Of a DNA stretch of 64,000 bases, positions 21,082-30,228 are shown one piece after another. The notes under the pieces were generated by a model, which made no database searches, was not told the origin of the DNA, and saw only the letters and a program-made list of their open reading frames with translations. Position 1 is the first letter of the stretch, and each line of letters opens with the position of its first letter. The translations under genes were made by a program, and so were the position numbers. The stretch comes from Armatimonadota bacterium (GTDB lineage Bacteria > Armatimonadota > SYMT01): the NCBI GenBank assembly GCA_041690135.1, contig JAWLHY010000004.1, positions 96,001 through 160,000 on the forward strand. The letters run 5' to 3'.

Positions 21082-21345
21082 ATGGCAAACGAACGGAAGT
21101 GGACTTACGAAGGACCGGCCTCTCCCCGGGACGCGAATGGCCAGACTTGCATCTTCTGCGGCAAGGCCCTGGTCGATGAGGCGCAGCCCGCGCGTTGGGT
21201 GGTGAAGGTGGACGAGGACTATGCGGACGCCGACTTTCCGACCGAGGTCGGTTACAGCCACCACGCCTGCGCGCAGGCCCACGGCGCCGAACAGCGCAAG
21301 AGCCGGTTCTCTCTTCCGGAAGTACCGGACCTACCGAAGCGATAG
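21082..21345 (+). CDS. Small putative zinc-binding protein (CxxC...HxxC)
   Basis: CIFC and HHAC motifs; GGAGG RBS; lies between hemL and the reductase. Confidence 0.65.
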   Translation: MANERKWTYEGPASPRDANGQTCIFCGKALVDEAQPARWVVKVDEDYADADFPTEVGYSHHACAQAHGAEQRKSRFSLPEVPDLPKR

Positions 21346-21357
21346 CGAACGAGCAAC

Positions 21358-22263
21358 ATGACTAAGCCCCGAATTGGATTCATCGGCCTGGGCATCATGG
21401 GCAAGCCCATGTGCGCCAACCTGATCAAGGCCGGCTACTCCCTGACTGTGTGGAACCGCAGCCAGCCCGGTATCGATACCGTCGTTGGCTACGGCGCGAC
21501 GGCGGGTGAAAGCCCCGCCGACGTCGCCGCCAAGAGCGACATCATCATCACCATCGTCACCGACTCTCCGGATGTGGAGAAGGTGATCCTGGGACCAAAC
21601 GGCGTCCTCGAAGGTGTACAGCCAGGCTCCGTCGTCATCGACATGAGCACCATCTCCCCCTCGGTCACCCGGGAAGTCGCGGCCGCACTCCTGGAGAAGG
21701 ACGTGGAGATGCTCGACGCGCCGGTGAGCGGCGGCGACGTGGGCGCCAAGGCGGGCACGCTCTCGATCATGGTGGGCGGCAAAGACGAGGTCTTCGAGCG
21801 CTGCCTGCCCGTCTTCCAGGCGATGGGCAAGAACATCGTCCACATCGGCCCCAACGGCGCCGGGCAGACCTGCAAGCTCTGCAATCAGATCGCGGTAGCG
21901 GTCAACATGCTGGCCGGCTGCGAGGCGATCATGTTCGCCGCCAAGAACGGCATCGATCCGAAGAAGATGCTGGACGCCATCTCCGCGGGCGCTGCCGGCT
22001 CCTGGATGATCTCCAACCTGGGCCCCCGCATCGTGAACGGCGATTTTGCGCCCGGCTTCATGATCAAGCTCGCCCAGAAGGACCTCCGCCTGGTCCTGGA
22101 AACCGCGAACGAGATCCAGCTTCCCCTCCCCGGCACAGCCCTGATGAACCAGGTGTGGCGCGCCGTGGAAGCCGCGGGCGGCGGCGACCTGGGCACTCAG
22201 GCCGCCATCCAACCACTGGAGAAGTGGGCCGGGTTCGAGCTGCCCCGCCCGGACAGCGAGTAA
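21358..22263 (+). CDS. garR: 2-hydroxy-3-oxopropionate reductase / beta-hydroxyacid dehydrogenase
   Basis: IGFIGLGIMGKPM, DMSTISP, LDAPVSGG, GAGQTCKLCNQ, FAPGF..KDL. Confidence 0.8.
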   Translation: MTKPRIGFIGLGIMGKPMCANLIKAGYSLTVWNRSQPGIDTVVGYGATAGESPADVAAKSDIIITIVTDSPDVEKVILGPNGVLEGVQPGSVVIDMSTISPSVTREVAAALLEKDVEMLDAPVSGGDVGAKAGTLSIMVGGKDEVFERCLPVFQAMGKNIVHIGPNGAGQTCKLCNQIAVAVNMLAGCEAIMFAAKNGIDPKKMLDAISAGAAGSWMISNLGPRIVNGDFAPGFMIKLAQKDLRLVLETANEIQLPLPGTALMNQVWRAVEAAGGGDLGTQAAIQPLEKWAGFELPRPDSE

Positions 22264-23024
22264 CCTTACGGGTAGGGCTATCCAACCGATCACCAACGAC
22301 AAGACCCCGGTGCTCCCGCGCCGGGGTCACGTTTCCGTCCCCCGCTTACCCGGAAACCCTGTTCTGGAACGTAGCCCTGGATCGGCGGTGACTACCTCGT
22401 GCGTTCGGGCAGTCTGCCGCTTCCGCTGCCTTTCTGGTCAAACGGCGCAGGTCGTGAACCCTTACGGAGTCCCGTCCACAGACGGTCAACTCGCGATCCT
22501 GGCTTCGGTTCCCGTCCTCGTCCATCGCGCGAAAGGCCGTCGTGCCGTGCAGCGTTCGCGATCCAGGCAAGAGTCATCAGACGGTCTGCTTGCTATCGCG
22601 GAGGCGGTTCCCCGCCAGGCTCAGCAGTTGCGGTCAGGAGAGCTTTTGCGAACCCGTGGGAGGATCCCTTCATCCAAACGCACAAGCCGCGGTCGTCGCA
22701 CTTCGTTCGCCCACCCGCGGCAGGATCCCGCCTCCAATCTCGCTAATCACCGCCAGAAGGCGGGACTCCGTAAAGGTATCGGACCTTTCTCCGTTGAGAC
22801 AAGACCCCGTGATGACACCCTAGGGCTCCGTCGTTCCCGTTCCCGTACAGGCATCCTCTCTGATTCCGCATGCCCCGCACGCAACATCCTGCCGGTGAAA
22901 ATTCTCCAACCTCCCTGGAGATGCCCGCATTCAAGAGTGTGAAGCGGCGGGGAGGAAGTAGGGAGCCCCGTAAGCGAAGGACCCGACGGCGGGCTCGCCG
23001 TCCACAGGAGTCAGGAATACGCTG

Positions 23025-23735
23025 ATGCAGGATCCGGATCGATCGCTGCTGCGGGGTATCGAGCGGGGAGAAACCGCGGCGCTGGAGGCCCTGGCCCGGC
23101 ACTACGCGGCGCCCATCTATCGCTACCTGGTGCGCCTGTGCGGCGACGCGACCCTGGCGGAAGATCTGTCGCAAGAGGTCGCCGTCCAGATGTGGCGCGC
23201 CCTACCCGGACGGAATTTTCCAAATGCGCGGGCGCTGAACTCCTGGGTCTACACCGTCGCGACCAACGCCTACCGGATGCACGCGCGGCGCAAGCGGGCC
23301 GCGGAGATCCCCTGGGACAGCGAGCTCGACCTCCCTACCGGCGAGGAGAGTGACCCCAGTTATTCGGCCGAACGCCAGGACCTGGCCCGGCGCGTGCGGG
23401 CAGCCGTCGCATCACTGCCCGAAGCCGAACGCCAGGCACTCATGTTGAAGGCCTTCGGCGACTTGAAGTATCAGGACATCGCGCAGGCGACCGGAGAGCC
23501 GGTGGGTACCGTGAAATGGCGAATCTCACGGGCTTACGAACGACTGCGGCGCATCCTGCAACCCGGCGGCCAGGCCGGCGATTTGAATGAAGCAACTCGA
23601 GACTCGGGAGAGGTCCATGAACCTGTGCGAGCAACTGCGGCCGTATCTGGACGGCGAGATGAGCCTGCTGGGGCGCTGGCGCATGCAGCGTCACCTGCGG
23701 GCGTGTCCCGCCTGCTCAGCTCGAAAGGCCGCTGA
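23025..23735 (+). CDS. ECF RNA polymerase sigma-70 factor
   Basis: Region 2 (AEDLSQEV..W, SWVYTVATN) and region 4 (LPEAERQAL, YQDIA, PVGTVKWRISRA). Confidence 0.9.
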   Translation: MQDPDRSLLRGIERGETAALEALARHYAAPIYRYLVRLCGDATLAEDLSQEVAVQMWRALPGRNFPNARALNSWVYTVATNAYRMHARRKRAAEIPWDSELDLPTGEESDPSYSAERQDLARRVRAAVASLPEAERQALMLKAFGDLKYQDIAQATGEPVGTVKWRISRAYERLRRILQPGGQAGDLNEATRDSGEVHEPVRATAAVSGRRDEPAGALAHAASPAGVSRLLSSKGR

Positions 23736-24579
23736 GACTTCGCTCCGGCCTCTGCTGGTCGGAGAGTTTACCGCGGATACCCCGGAGGAGCGCGCGGCCA
23801 TCGAGCGGGTCACGCAGTCCTGGCTGGCGGCTCTCCCGGAGCAGCCGGTGGGGGGAGCGCGTTCCGCGCGCCGACCCCGGACGCGCTCGTGGATGACGGC
23901 CTCCGTCGCGCTGGCCGGCGCCGCGTTCCTTCTCGCCGCGGGCCTGCTGACGGCGCCCACGCGCGCCCTGGCTGCCGTAGCCGACGCCATGGCGAAGGTG
24001 CCGCGTTTCCACGTGCGGATGGAGATCCCAGGCCTGCCCACGCGTTACGAGGCTTGGGGGGAGCGTGGGGTCGCCACGCGGGTTGAGGAGTGGGAGGGCG
24101 ATCAACGGACGGTCGTGGTGCTCGACGATGGCCACAAGCTGCGGCGCTATTACCCCGAGGAACAGATGCTCCGGGAGAGCGGCACGAAACTGGAAACGGT
24201 CTTCCGTCACGCCGCGAACTTCAACGCCAGCCGCATGCTAAGTGAAGCGGCGCGAGGTCGCCTCTTCGAAGGCCAGGAGTGGCTCGGAGAGGCGCGGGCC
24301 CGCGAGGTCGCGGAGGTCCACCGCGAGGGGCGCCGGCTTCGCAAGATCCGCGTCGACTTGAAAGACGGCTTCTTTGAAAAGATGATCGTCTACGCCGACG
24401 CGCGCACCGACCTGCTGGCCCGGGCCCACCTGTATACGGATAGCCGCTTGCCCGAAGAAGCACCCTTTGCCGTGGTCCGTTTCGACTACCCGGAGAATAT
24501 CGACCGCAACCTGTTCCGCCTCAAGACACCGCGCGGCACGCGGGTCCGCCAGACCGAAGCGGATCTCATGCTACCATAA
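23617..24579 (+). CDS. Zinc-finger (zf-HC2) anti-sigma factor with TM helix and LolA-like extracytoplasmic domain
   Basis: LRPYLDGEM...HLRACPAC; one hydrophobic helix; C-terminal DRNLFRLKTPRG; GGAGAGG RBS before MNLCEQ. Confidence 0.8.
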   Translation: MNLCEQLRPYLDGEMSLLGRWRMQRHLRACPACSARKAAETSLRPLLVGEFTADTPEERAAIERVTQSWLAALPEQPVGGARSARRPRTRSWMTASVALAGAAFLLAAGLLTAPTRALAAVADAMAKVPRFHVRMEIPGLPTRYEAWGERGVATRVEEWEGDQRTVVVLDDGHKLRRYYPEEQMLRESGTKLETVFRHAANFNASRMLSEAARGRLFEGQEWLGEARAREVAEVHREGRRLRKIRVDLKDGFFEKMIVYADARTDLLARAHLYTDSRLPEEAPFAVVRFDYPENIDRNLFRLKTPRGTRVRQTEADLMLP

Positions 24580-24582
24580 CGT

Positions 24583-25842
24583 ATGTCGAAACCGCTTCTG
24601 TTGGCCGCCGAGTGGATCCTCCCCGTCTCCGCGGGGCCGATCCGGGATGGGGTGGTCGCCATCGAAGGCGACCGGATTGCGTGGGTGGGAAGCCGCCGCG
24701 AACTTCCGTCTCGTTACCTGCAGGTGCTGCCGCGGGTTTTCCCCCGCGCCGTTATCCTCCCCGGCTGGGTCAACGCCCACAGCCACCTGAACCTCACCGC
24801 CGCGTTGGGCATGCTGCAAGGCAGCGCCGAACAGTTCGCGGATTGGATTCGGAGCGTCATCCGGCTGCAGCAGAGCCTGCCGGCGGAGATCGTCTCGCGG
24901 TCGGTACTGGCCGGCCTCGATCTCCTGGCCAGTACCGGAACCACCACCGTGGCCCATGTCTCCACGCTGCCGAACCTCGACCCGTTCCTCACGCACCCGA
25001 TGCGTTCCGTGGTCTTCCACGAGCCGATCGGCTTCTCCGCCGGACGGGCGCCGGATCTGATCCGGCAGGCCGAGGAGTGGCTCGAAGCGGCCGAGAACGC
25101 GATCCGGGCGGCTCGCAACCCCAGGATCACCCTCGGGCTGGCGCCACATTCTCCCTACTCCGCCTCCCCCCAGTTGATCCGAGGGGTCGTCCGGCTGGCG
25201 GAGATGCATCAACTCCCGTTGTCGGTCCACCTGGCGGAGACGCTCGCGGAAGCGGAGTTCGTGGCGACCGCGACCGGACAGCTGCGCGACCTGCTCGTGG
25301 AACGCGGTGCCTGGGAGCCGGCCTGGGCCCCTCCGGGTGTTTCGCCGGTGCGCTACCTCTATGACCTGGGAGTGCTCGCTCGGCCCGGCGTGGCCGCGCA
25401 CTGCAACTACCTCTCGGACGCGGACATCCGGCTGCTCGTCCAGGGGCAGTTGACGCCGACCTGGTGCCCGGGCAGCCATCGCTTCTTCGGGCACCACGAC
25501 CATCCCGCCGCACGGCTCATGGCGGCGCGGGCGCCGGTGGCGCTCGGGACAGATAGCCCCGCGAGTAACGTGGCTTTGAACATGCTGCACGAGGTCCGCC
25601 TGGCGGCGCAGGACCGCCCCGAAGTGGACCCTTCCGTCTGGATTCGATCCGCCACGCTCACGGCGGCGGAAGCACTGGGGTTGGGGGCCGTTACCGGATC
25701 GCTGGAGGCCGGAAAAGCCGCGGACCTGCAGGTGCTCGACGGTCTCCCCGAATCAGCGACGGACCCGCTCCCGCCCCTGTTCGAGGAGCGTTTGCGGGTC
25801 CGCCTGGTGCTGGTGGATGGAAGGGAAGTGCGGATCAAATAA
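24583..25842 (+). CDS. Metal-dependent amidohydrolase (MTA/SAH or aminofutalosine deaminase-like)
   Basis: PGWVNAHSHL, LAPHSPYS, VHLAET, AHCNY, ALGTDS, GSLEAGKAADL. Confidence 0.88.
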   Translation: MSKPLLLAAEWILPVSAGPIRDGVVAIEGDRIAWVGSRRELPSRYLQVLPRVFPRAVILPGWVNAHSHLNLTAALGMLQGSAEQFADWIRSVIRLQQSLPAEIVSRSVLAGLDLLASTGTTTVAHVSTLPNLDPFLTHPMRSVVFHEPIGFSAGRAPDLIRQAEEWLEAAENAIRAARNPRITLGLAPHSPYSASPQLIRGVVRLAEMHQLPLSVHLAETLAEAEFVATATGQLRDLLVERGAWEPAWAPPGVSPVRYLYDLGVLARPGVAAHCNYLSDADIRLLVQGQLTPTWCPGSHRFFGHHDHPAARLMAARAPVALGTDSPASNVALNMLHEVRLAAQDRPEVDPSVWIRSATLTAAEALGLGAVTGSLEAGKAADLQVLDGLPESATDPLPPLFEERLRVRLVLVDGREVRIK

Positions 25843-25867
25843 AGGGATCCGCGTTGTAGGATTGCAT

Positions 25868-26290
25868 TTACGACACCAGCCGCAGTTCTTGCGGTTGGTG
25901 GTCCCAGGCCCGGCGGCTCGTCAGGGCCCGATGGAGCGTGGCCAGAATGTCGGCCTCTCCCTGCGAACGGGGGATACACAGGTCGGCGCCGGCCGTCCAC
26001 CCCTTAACCAGTTCTTCCTGGCTGTTTCCGTCCGTGATCAGGATCACGGGCAGGTCTCGCGTGGCCTGCTGGCTGCGCAGGGCATCCAGCATCCGGTAGC
26101 CGTCCAGGACGGGCATATCCGTCACGGCGACCACCGCTTCCGGGCGCAGTTCGTGAGCTTTGAGCAAGCCCACGGCTCCGTTATCCGCGATCTCGATGTC
26201 CATCTCCAGGTGAGCGAGCCGGTGGGCCAGCCGCTCCGCCCGGTGTAAGTCCCCATCCACCAGCAGCAGTACGCCTCGTTGCCGGTGCAT
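25868..26290 (-). CDS. Single-domain atypical response regulator (pseudo-receiver)
   Basis: REC fold (LLLVDGD, MPVLDG, PVILIT, AGAD) with the phosphoacceptor Asp and conserved Lys replaced. Confidence 0.8.
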   Translation of the reverse strand: MHRQRGVLLLVDGDLHRAERLAHRLAHLEMDIEIADNGAVGLLKAHELRPEAVVAVTDMPVLDGYRMLDALRSQQATRDLPVILITDGNSQEELVKGWTAGADLCIPRSQGEADILATLHRALTSRRAWDHQPQELRLVS

Positions 26291-26618
26291 CTGTAACCCT
26301 CGTTGATATAGATTTAGGCGGATGACGCTACTCATTGCCGGAATGCTCCGGTTCTTTGGTGTGCCCATTTTTGTCCCGCCGGGAGGCCGGTATCGCCTGT
26401 TGGACGAACCGGAACGCCGGAAGGTTCGGGTGGATATTAGCGTTGCTGTTAAGGTGAGCACTCCCACGCCACAAGGTATATACGGCCTTCCGCCGGAATC
26501 CGAAAGCCCCAATTACGACGGATTGTCAGACTTTTCAAGAAATTAGCTTAAGCCGACACCGGTTTCCCCAGTCTCTCCGCCTCCTAACCCGGCGTAGCCG
26601 GAACCAAGGGGAAAACGG

Positions 26619-26896
26619 CGTCATTGCGAAGGAGCCTTAGCGACTGCGGCAATCCCCCTGTGCACTGCGCCGCCGCATTCGCCACCCTTCGCCCGCTTTG
26701 CAGAATCCGCTGCGAAACTCCGGGCCGGAGGGCGACCTCCGGGGAACGAAACCCGCTGCGGTCACCAGGGGGATTGCCCTATGCTACGCCGGGTAAACTC
26801 GCGCCCCGCAGAGGGCGGACCTCGCACCCGCAAGCGACACCCACCCAAGCACGGCACGCTTACCTACCGACGGTTCGGTCGGGGCTCGCAATGACG
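26619..26896. repeat. Palindromic intergenic element (GTCATTGCGA...TCGCAATGAC type)
   Basis: Terminal 11-bp IR cgtcattgcga (26619-26629) / tcgcaatgacg (26886-26896); inner 13-bp IR ggcaatccccctg (26648-26660) / cagggggattgcc (26766-26778). Confidence 0.75.
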
Positions 26897-27040
26897 TGCG
26901 TTACCTTTCCGTAGCTACTCCACTTGCGCGCTTGGAGAGCAGAAGTGAACTGGCGAGAAACTCTCATCCCCGACAACACCCACCAATACCTCCCTCATCC
27001 TTCCGAAATCCTCATCCGCCGCAGGCCCGTCATCCTTCCT

Positions 27041-27087
27041 CATCCTCATCCTCATCCTCATCCTCATCCTCATCCTCATCCTCATCC
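27041..27087. repeat. (CATCCT)7-8 microsatellite
   Basis: Seven full copies plus CATCC; atcctcatccgccgcaggc occurs at 27008 and 27078. Confidence 0.9.
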
Positions 27088-27150
27088 GCCGCAGGCACAG
27101 GAGGGATCTCACCCCATCCTGCCACACTCTAAGCGGGATAGGGGGCGAGG

Positions 27151-28146
27151 ATGCGCTGGCAGTGGTGGGGTGTTTTCGGATGCATAACCGGCAGCCTGGC
27201 GTTAGCAGGTGGGAGCTCCTGGCTGCCATGGCGGGGACGGGTACCCGCGGGCACGGCCGTGGCGGCACAGCCCGCCTCCGCCCGCATAGTGGAGAAGCTG
27301 CCGGTCCGCTTGGTGGCCGTGGGAGACCTGATGCTGGGCAGCGCCGGCCGCAGCTCCGCCCTCGCCCGTTCTCCCCGGTCGCTGTTCACCCGTCATCGCG
27401 GCCGGATCCAGGGAGCGGATCTCGCTTTCGGCAACCTGGAGACCCCGCTCTCGGAGCGCGGCACGCCGACTCCCGGCAAGAGTAAGGAGAGCCTGCGGAA
27501 GCGGACCAACTTCCTCTTTCGCGCCCCGACCGCAGCCGCGGAAGGCCTGGCGTGGGCCGGCTTCGACGTAGTTTCTCTGGCGAACAACCATGCCATGGAC
27601 TACGGCGCCGTCGCCCTGGAGGATACACTGGACTGCCTGCGAGAGGCCGGGGTACACGCGGTGGGTGGGGGTCCCGACCGGGAGGCCGCCCTGGCGCCGG
27701 TGATCCTGGAAAGGAACCACCAGCGCTTCGCCTTCATCGGTATCTCCGATGTCTTACCCCTGTACAGCGCCGCCGGCGAGCACACGCCGGGTGTGGCACC
27801 GGGCCGCGGCGCCTGGTTCGAAGAACGGATGCCCGAAGCCATCGCCGCAGCCAAACAGCAGGCCGATTGGATCCTCGTTTCGGTGCACTGGGGAAGGGAG
27901 AAATTCACCGGCGCAACCGAGAAACAGAAGCGCCTGGGGCACCGCCTGGTGGACTGGGGCGCGGATGTCGTTATCGGACACCACACCCACGTTCCCGGCC
28001 CCGTTGAGCATTACGGCGACGGGATTATCCACTACAGCCTGGGGAACTTCATTGGCCCCCGCTCGCGCAGGGCCCCCGCCCCCGCCTGGGAGGTGGTCTT
28101 CCGACCCGGCGAGCGGCCGACGGAACGCACGTTGATGCTCCCGTAG
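27151..28146 (+). CDS. CapA family (poly-gamma-glutamate synthesis-like) metallophosphatase
   Basis: AVGDLMLG, NLETPL, VSLANNHAMDYG, SVHWG, VIGHHTHV, YSLGNF. Confidence 0.92.
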   Translation: MRWQWWGVFGCITGSLALAGGSSWLPWRGRVPAGTAVAAQPASARIVEKLPVRLVAVGDLMLGSAGRSSALARSPRSLFTRHRGRIQGADLAFGNLETPLSERGTPTPGKSKESLRKRTNFLFRAPTAAAEGLAWAGFDVVSLANNHAMDYGAVALEDTLDCLREAGVHAVGGGPDREAALAPVILERNHQRFAFIGISDVLPLYSAAGEHTPGVAPGRGAWFEERMPEAIAAAKQQADWILVSVHWGREKFTGATEKQKRLGHRLVDWGADVVIGHHTHVPGPVEHYGDGIIHYSLGNFIGPRSRRAPAPAWEVVFRPGERPTERTLMLP

Positions 28147-28149
28147 CCG

Positions 28150-28620
28150 TCACGGCTTCTTCAGTACCAGGCGCCCTTTCATCGCGGTAGCTACATAAAC
28201 GGTCCCGGGAGCGCCCGGAAGACTCACTTTCTCACCCGGCAGTTTCTGGCGGCGCACCTCGAGCGAGCCGTCCGGACGCAGGGGAACAAACAATTTGGGA
28301 GCCGCGCGGTACTGGGCGTGCCCGCACTCCGGACCGTGCGTGTGAGCTTCCGCGACAGCGACTGCCGGCTTACGGGCCGCCTTCGGCGTGGGCTTGACCT
28401 TAGCAATTGGTTGAGCCGGGATGGGGAACTGTACCGCGACCATCCCGTCGCGGGAGCCAACCCCCAGGCTGCGCAGTGTCGCTTTGGAGAGCCGCAGCAC
28501 ACCTTTTCGGTCCACGGTGATCCGAGCGGAGCGGGCGGCGGCGGCCGGCCCAGCGACTCCGGCCAACAGCCCGAGCCCGGCACTTAAGCAAAGGTACTGA
28601 CGGAAAGTGGATACGTTCAT
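28150..28620 (-). CDS. Secreted hypothetical protein with His-rich motif
   Basis: Signal peptide; HTHGPECGH. Confidence 0.65.
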   Translation of the reverse strand: MNVSTFRQYLCLSAGLGLLAGVAGPAAAARSARITVDRKGVLRLSKATLRSLGVGSRDGMVAVQFPIPAQPIAKVKPTPKAARKPAVAVAEAHTHGPECGHAQYRAAPKLFVPLRPDGSLEVRRQKLPGEKVSLPGAPGTVYVATAMKGRLVLKKP

Positions 28621-28681
28621 CTCATGCTGTCGAACGCAAAGCCGAACTTCCTGAGTTCCCGCGGCGGGATATCATACGCGT

Positions 28682-29134
28682 ATGAAACTATCGGATGACG
28701 AACGTGAACTGTTGCTGGCGGAGGTCGCCCAGGCGCTCGACCAGGTCCGAAGTCCTGAGTTGAAAGTGGCCTATGGAGAACTGCTGACGGCGGCCGATCA
28801 GGGCGAGATCGGAGAGGACCTCCAGGAGCCGCTCCAGAACCTGTTAGAGATCGGACTGGAGAGCGGACGGATTCGCAAGATTCACACCGCTCACGGCGAG
28901 ATGGCTGCCCTGCGCGTTTTCCAGCGGACCCCGCGAGGGCGAGCGCTGGCAGCCTCGGCTTCCGAAGTGAACGAGGCACTGAAAGCCCTTCAGGGCCAGG
29001 TCCTGGAGGAGATTTCCGTGTCCGCCAGCGGTCCCGGAGTTTTCTCCTTTTCGGTGGGGACGGACCAGGGACGCCTCCTGATTCGGGTCAGCCGCCACGG
29101 CGTCCGCCTCCAGAGCGTGGAAGTCGGCGGATAA
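28682..29134 (+). CDS. Hypothetical protein
   Basis: 150-aa ORF with natural composition. Confidence 0.7.
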   Translation: MKLSDDERELLLAEVAQALDQVRSPELKVAYGELLTAADQGEIGEDLQEPLQNLLEIGLESGRIRKIHTAHGEMAALRVFQRTPRGRALAASASEVNEALKALQGQVLEEISVSASGPGVFSFSVGTDQGRLLIRVSRHGVRLQSVEVGG

Positions 29135-29187
29135 TCAGGTCTCTGTGCTCCGAAACTGCGGCTGGCGTGAAATCAATGAGGATGGGA

Positions 29188-30213
29188 ATGTCTAGCAGAA
29201 CAAGACAAATGTTGGTCCGGACGGCCGCACTTTCGGCGGGTCTTATCGCCTGTACACTTGCAAGCCACGGCCAGGCGGCGCCGCGCGCGCAAAAGGGCGA
29301 CCTGACCCTTTCCGTACTGACGCGAGAGGGGCAACGGCTGGAAGGCCGTACCCGCCCCTCACAGCTCTCCTTCCTGGTTGATGGGAAAGAAAAGACCCTG
29401 AAGCTGCGAGACGTGCTCTCCCTTCATCTCGCGGATGCCGCCTCATCCTTTGAAACGGAGGCCATCCGCGCCGGCCTGACGGCGGTGGCGGGAACGGACC
29501 GGAAGGCACGCGACCTGGCCGTGGAACGCCTGACCGACATCGGCCTGCCGGTGTTGAGCCCGCTCCTGGCCACCTACAAGGATATCGACGCCCGCGAGCC
29601 CAAGCCGCTCTACCGCCTCTTCTCGCGGATCATTCCCGCGGCGGCGGATGGCTTCGACCGCAATCTCGACCTGGTTCGCCTGACGGACGGAAGCAGCCTT
29701 CGGGGCGACGTGCGAAGCGCCGCACTCACCTTGACCGGTGCGGACGGCAAGGAGGTGAAGCTGGACCTCGGGCAGGTGCGTCGGGTCGCGGTGCGACAGC
29801 CGGCGATCGAGCGATCGTTCGACATCCACACGCTCTATCACTGCTCGCAGATCGAGTACCTGGATGCCGGAGTGGGGGTCTCGCCTTCCTCCCGGCTGAC
29901 CTCCGATGCTCACGGCTTCGCGCGCCTGGCATTCGACGGCGACGGCTGGGCCTGCGATCCGGATGGTCTCAAGAAGCCGGGGCCTAACTACAAGTCGAAC
30001 CTGTTCGACGGTTTCCCGTTTGGGGCCCTGGTCGCGCGGGTAGGTGCGGGTGGGTCGCGCTGGTTCGCGGGCAAGCACGCCGAAAAGACCAACCTGGGTA
30101 CCGGTCGCCTTTACTTTGCGGTCAACGATAACCCGCACTGGCAGAATAACCTCGGCAGCTACCGCATCCGCCTCCGCGTGACGGACGCCTACGACCTGGG
30201 AGACCCGCAATAG
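29188..30213 (+). CDS. Secreted protein with C-terminal LecA/PA-IL-like fold
   Basis: Signal peptide; FGALVARVG...GRLYFAVND..NNLGSY. Confidence 0.6.
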   Translation: MSSRTRQMLVRTAALSAGLIACTLASHGQAAPRAQKGDLTLSVLTREGQRLEGRTRPSQLSFLVDGKEKTLKLRDVLSLHLADAASSFETEAIRAGLTAVAGTDRKARDLAVERLTDIGLPVLSPLLATYKDIDAREPKPLYRLFSRIIPAAADGFDRNLDLVRLTDGSSLRGDVRSAALTLTGADGKEVKLDLGQVRRVAVRQPAIERSFDIHTLYHCSQIEYLDAGVGVSPSSRLTSDAHGFARLAFDGDGWACDPDGLKKPGPNYKSNLFDGFPFGALVARVGAGGSRWFAGKHAEKTNLGTGRLYFAVNDNPHWQNNLGSYRIRLRVTDAYDLGDPQ

Positions 30214-30228
30214 GATCGAGGACCGCCG

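Noticed and set aside
26915-27268. ORFs encoding poly-HP, poly-S or poly-RM tracts
   Set aside because: These are translations of the CATCCT microsatellite in different frames, with no other coding signal.
27151-28146. Poly-gamma-glutamate capsule locus
   Set aside because: Only a stand-alone CapA-family gene is present, with no capB or capC.
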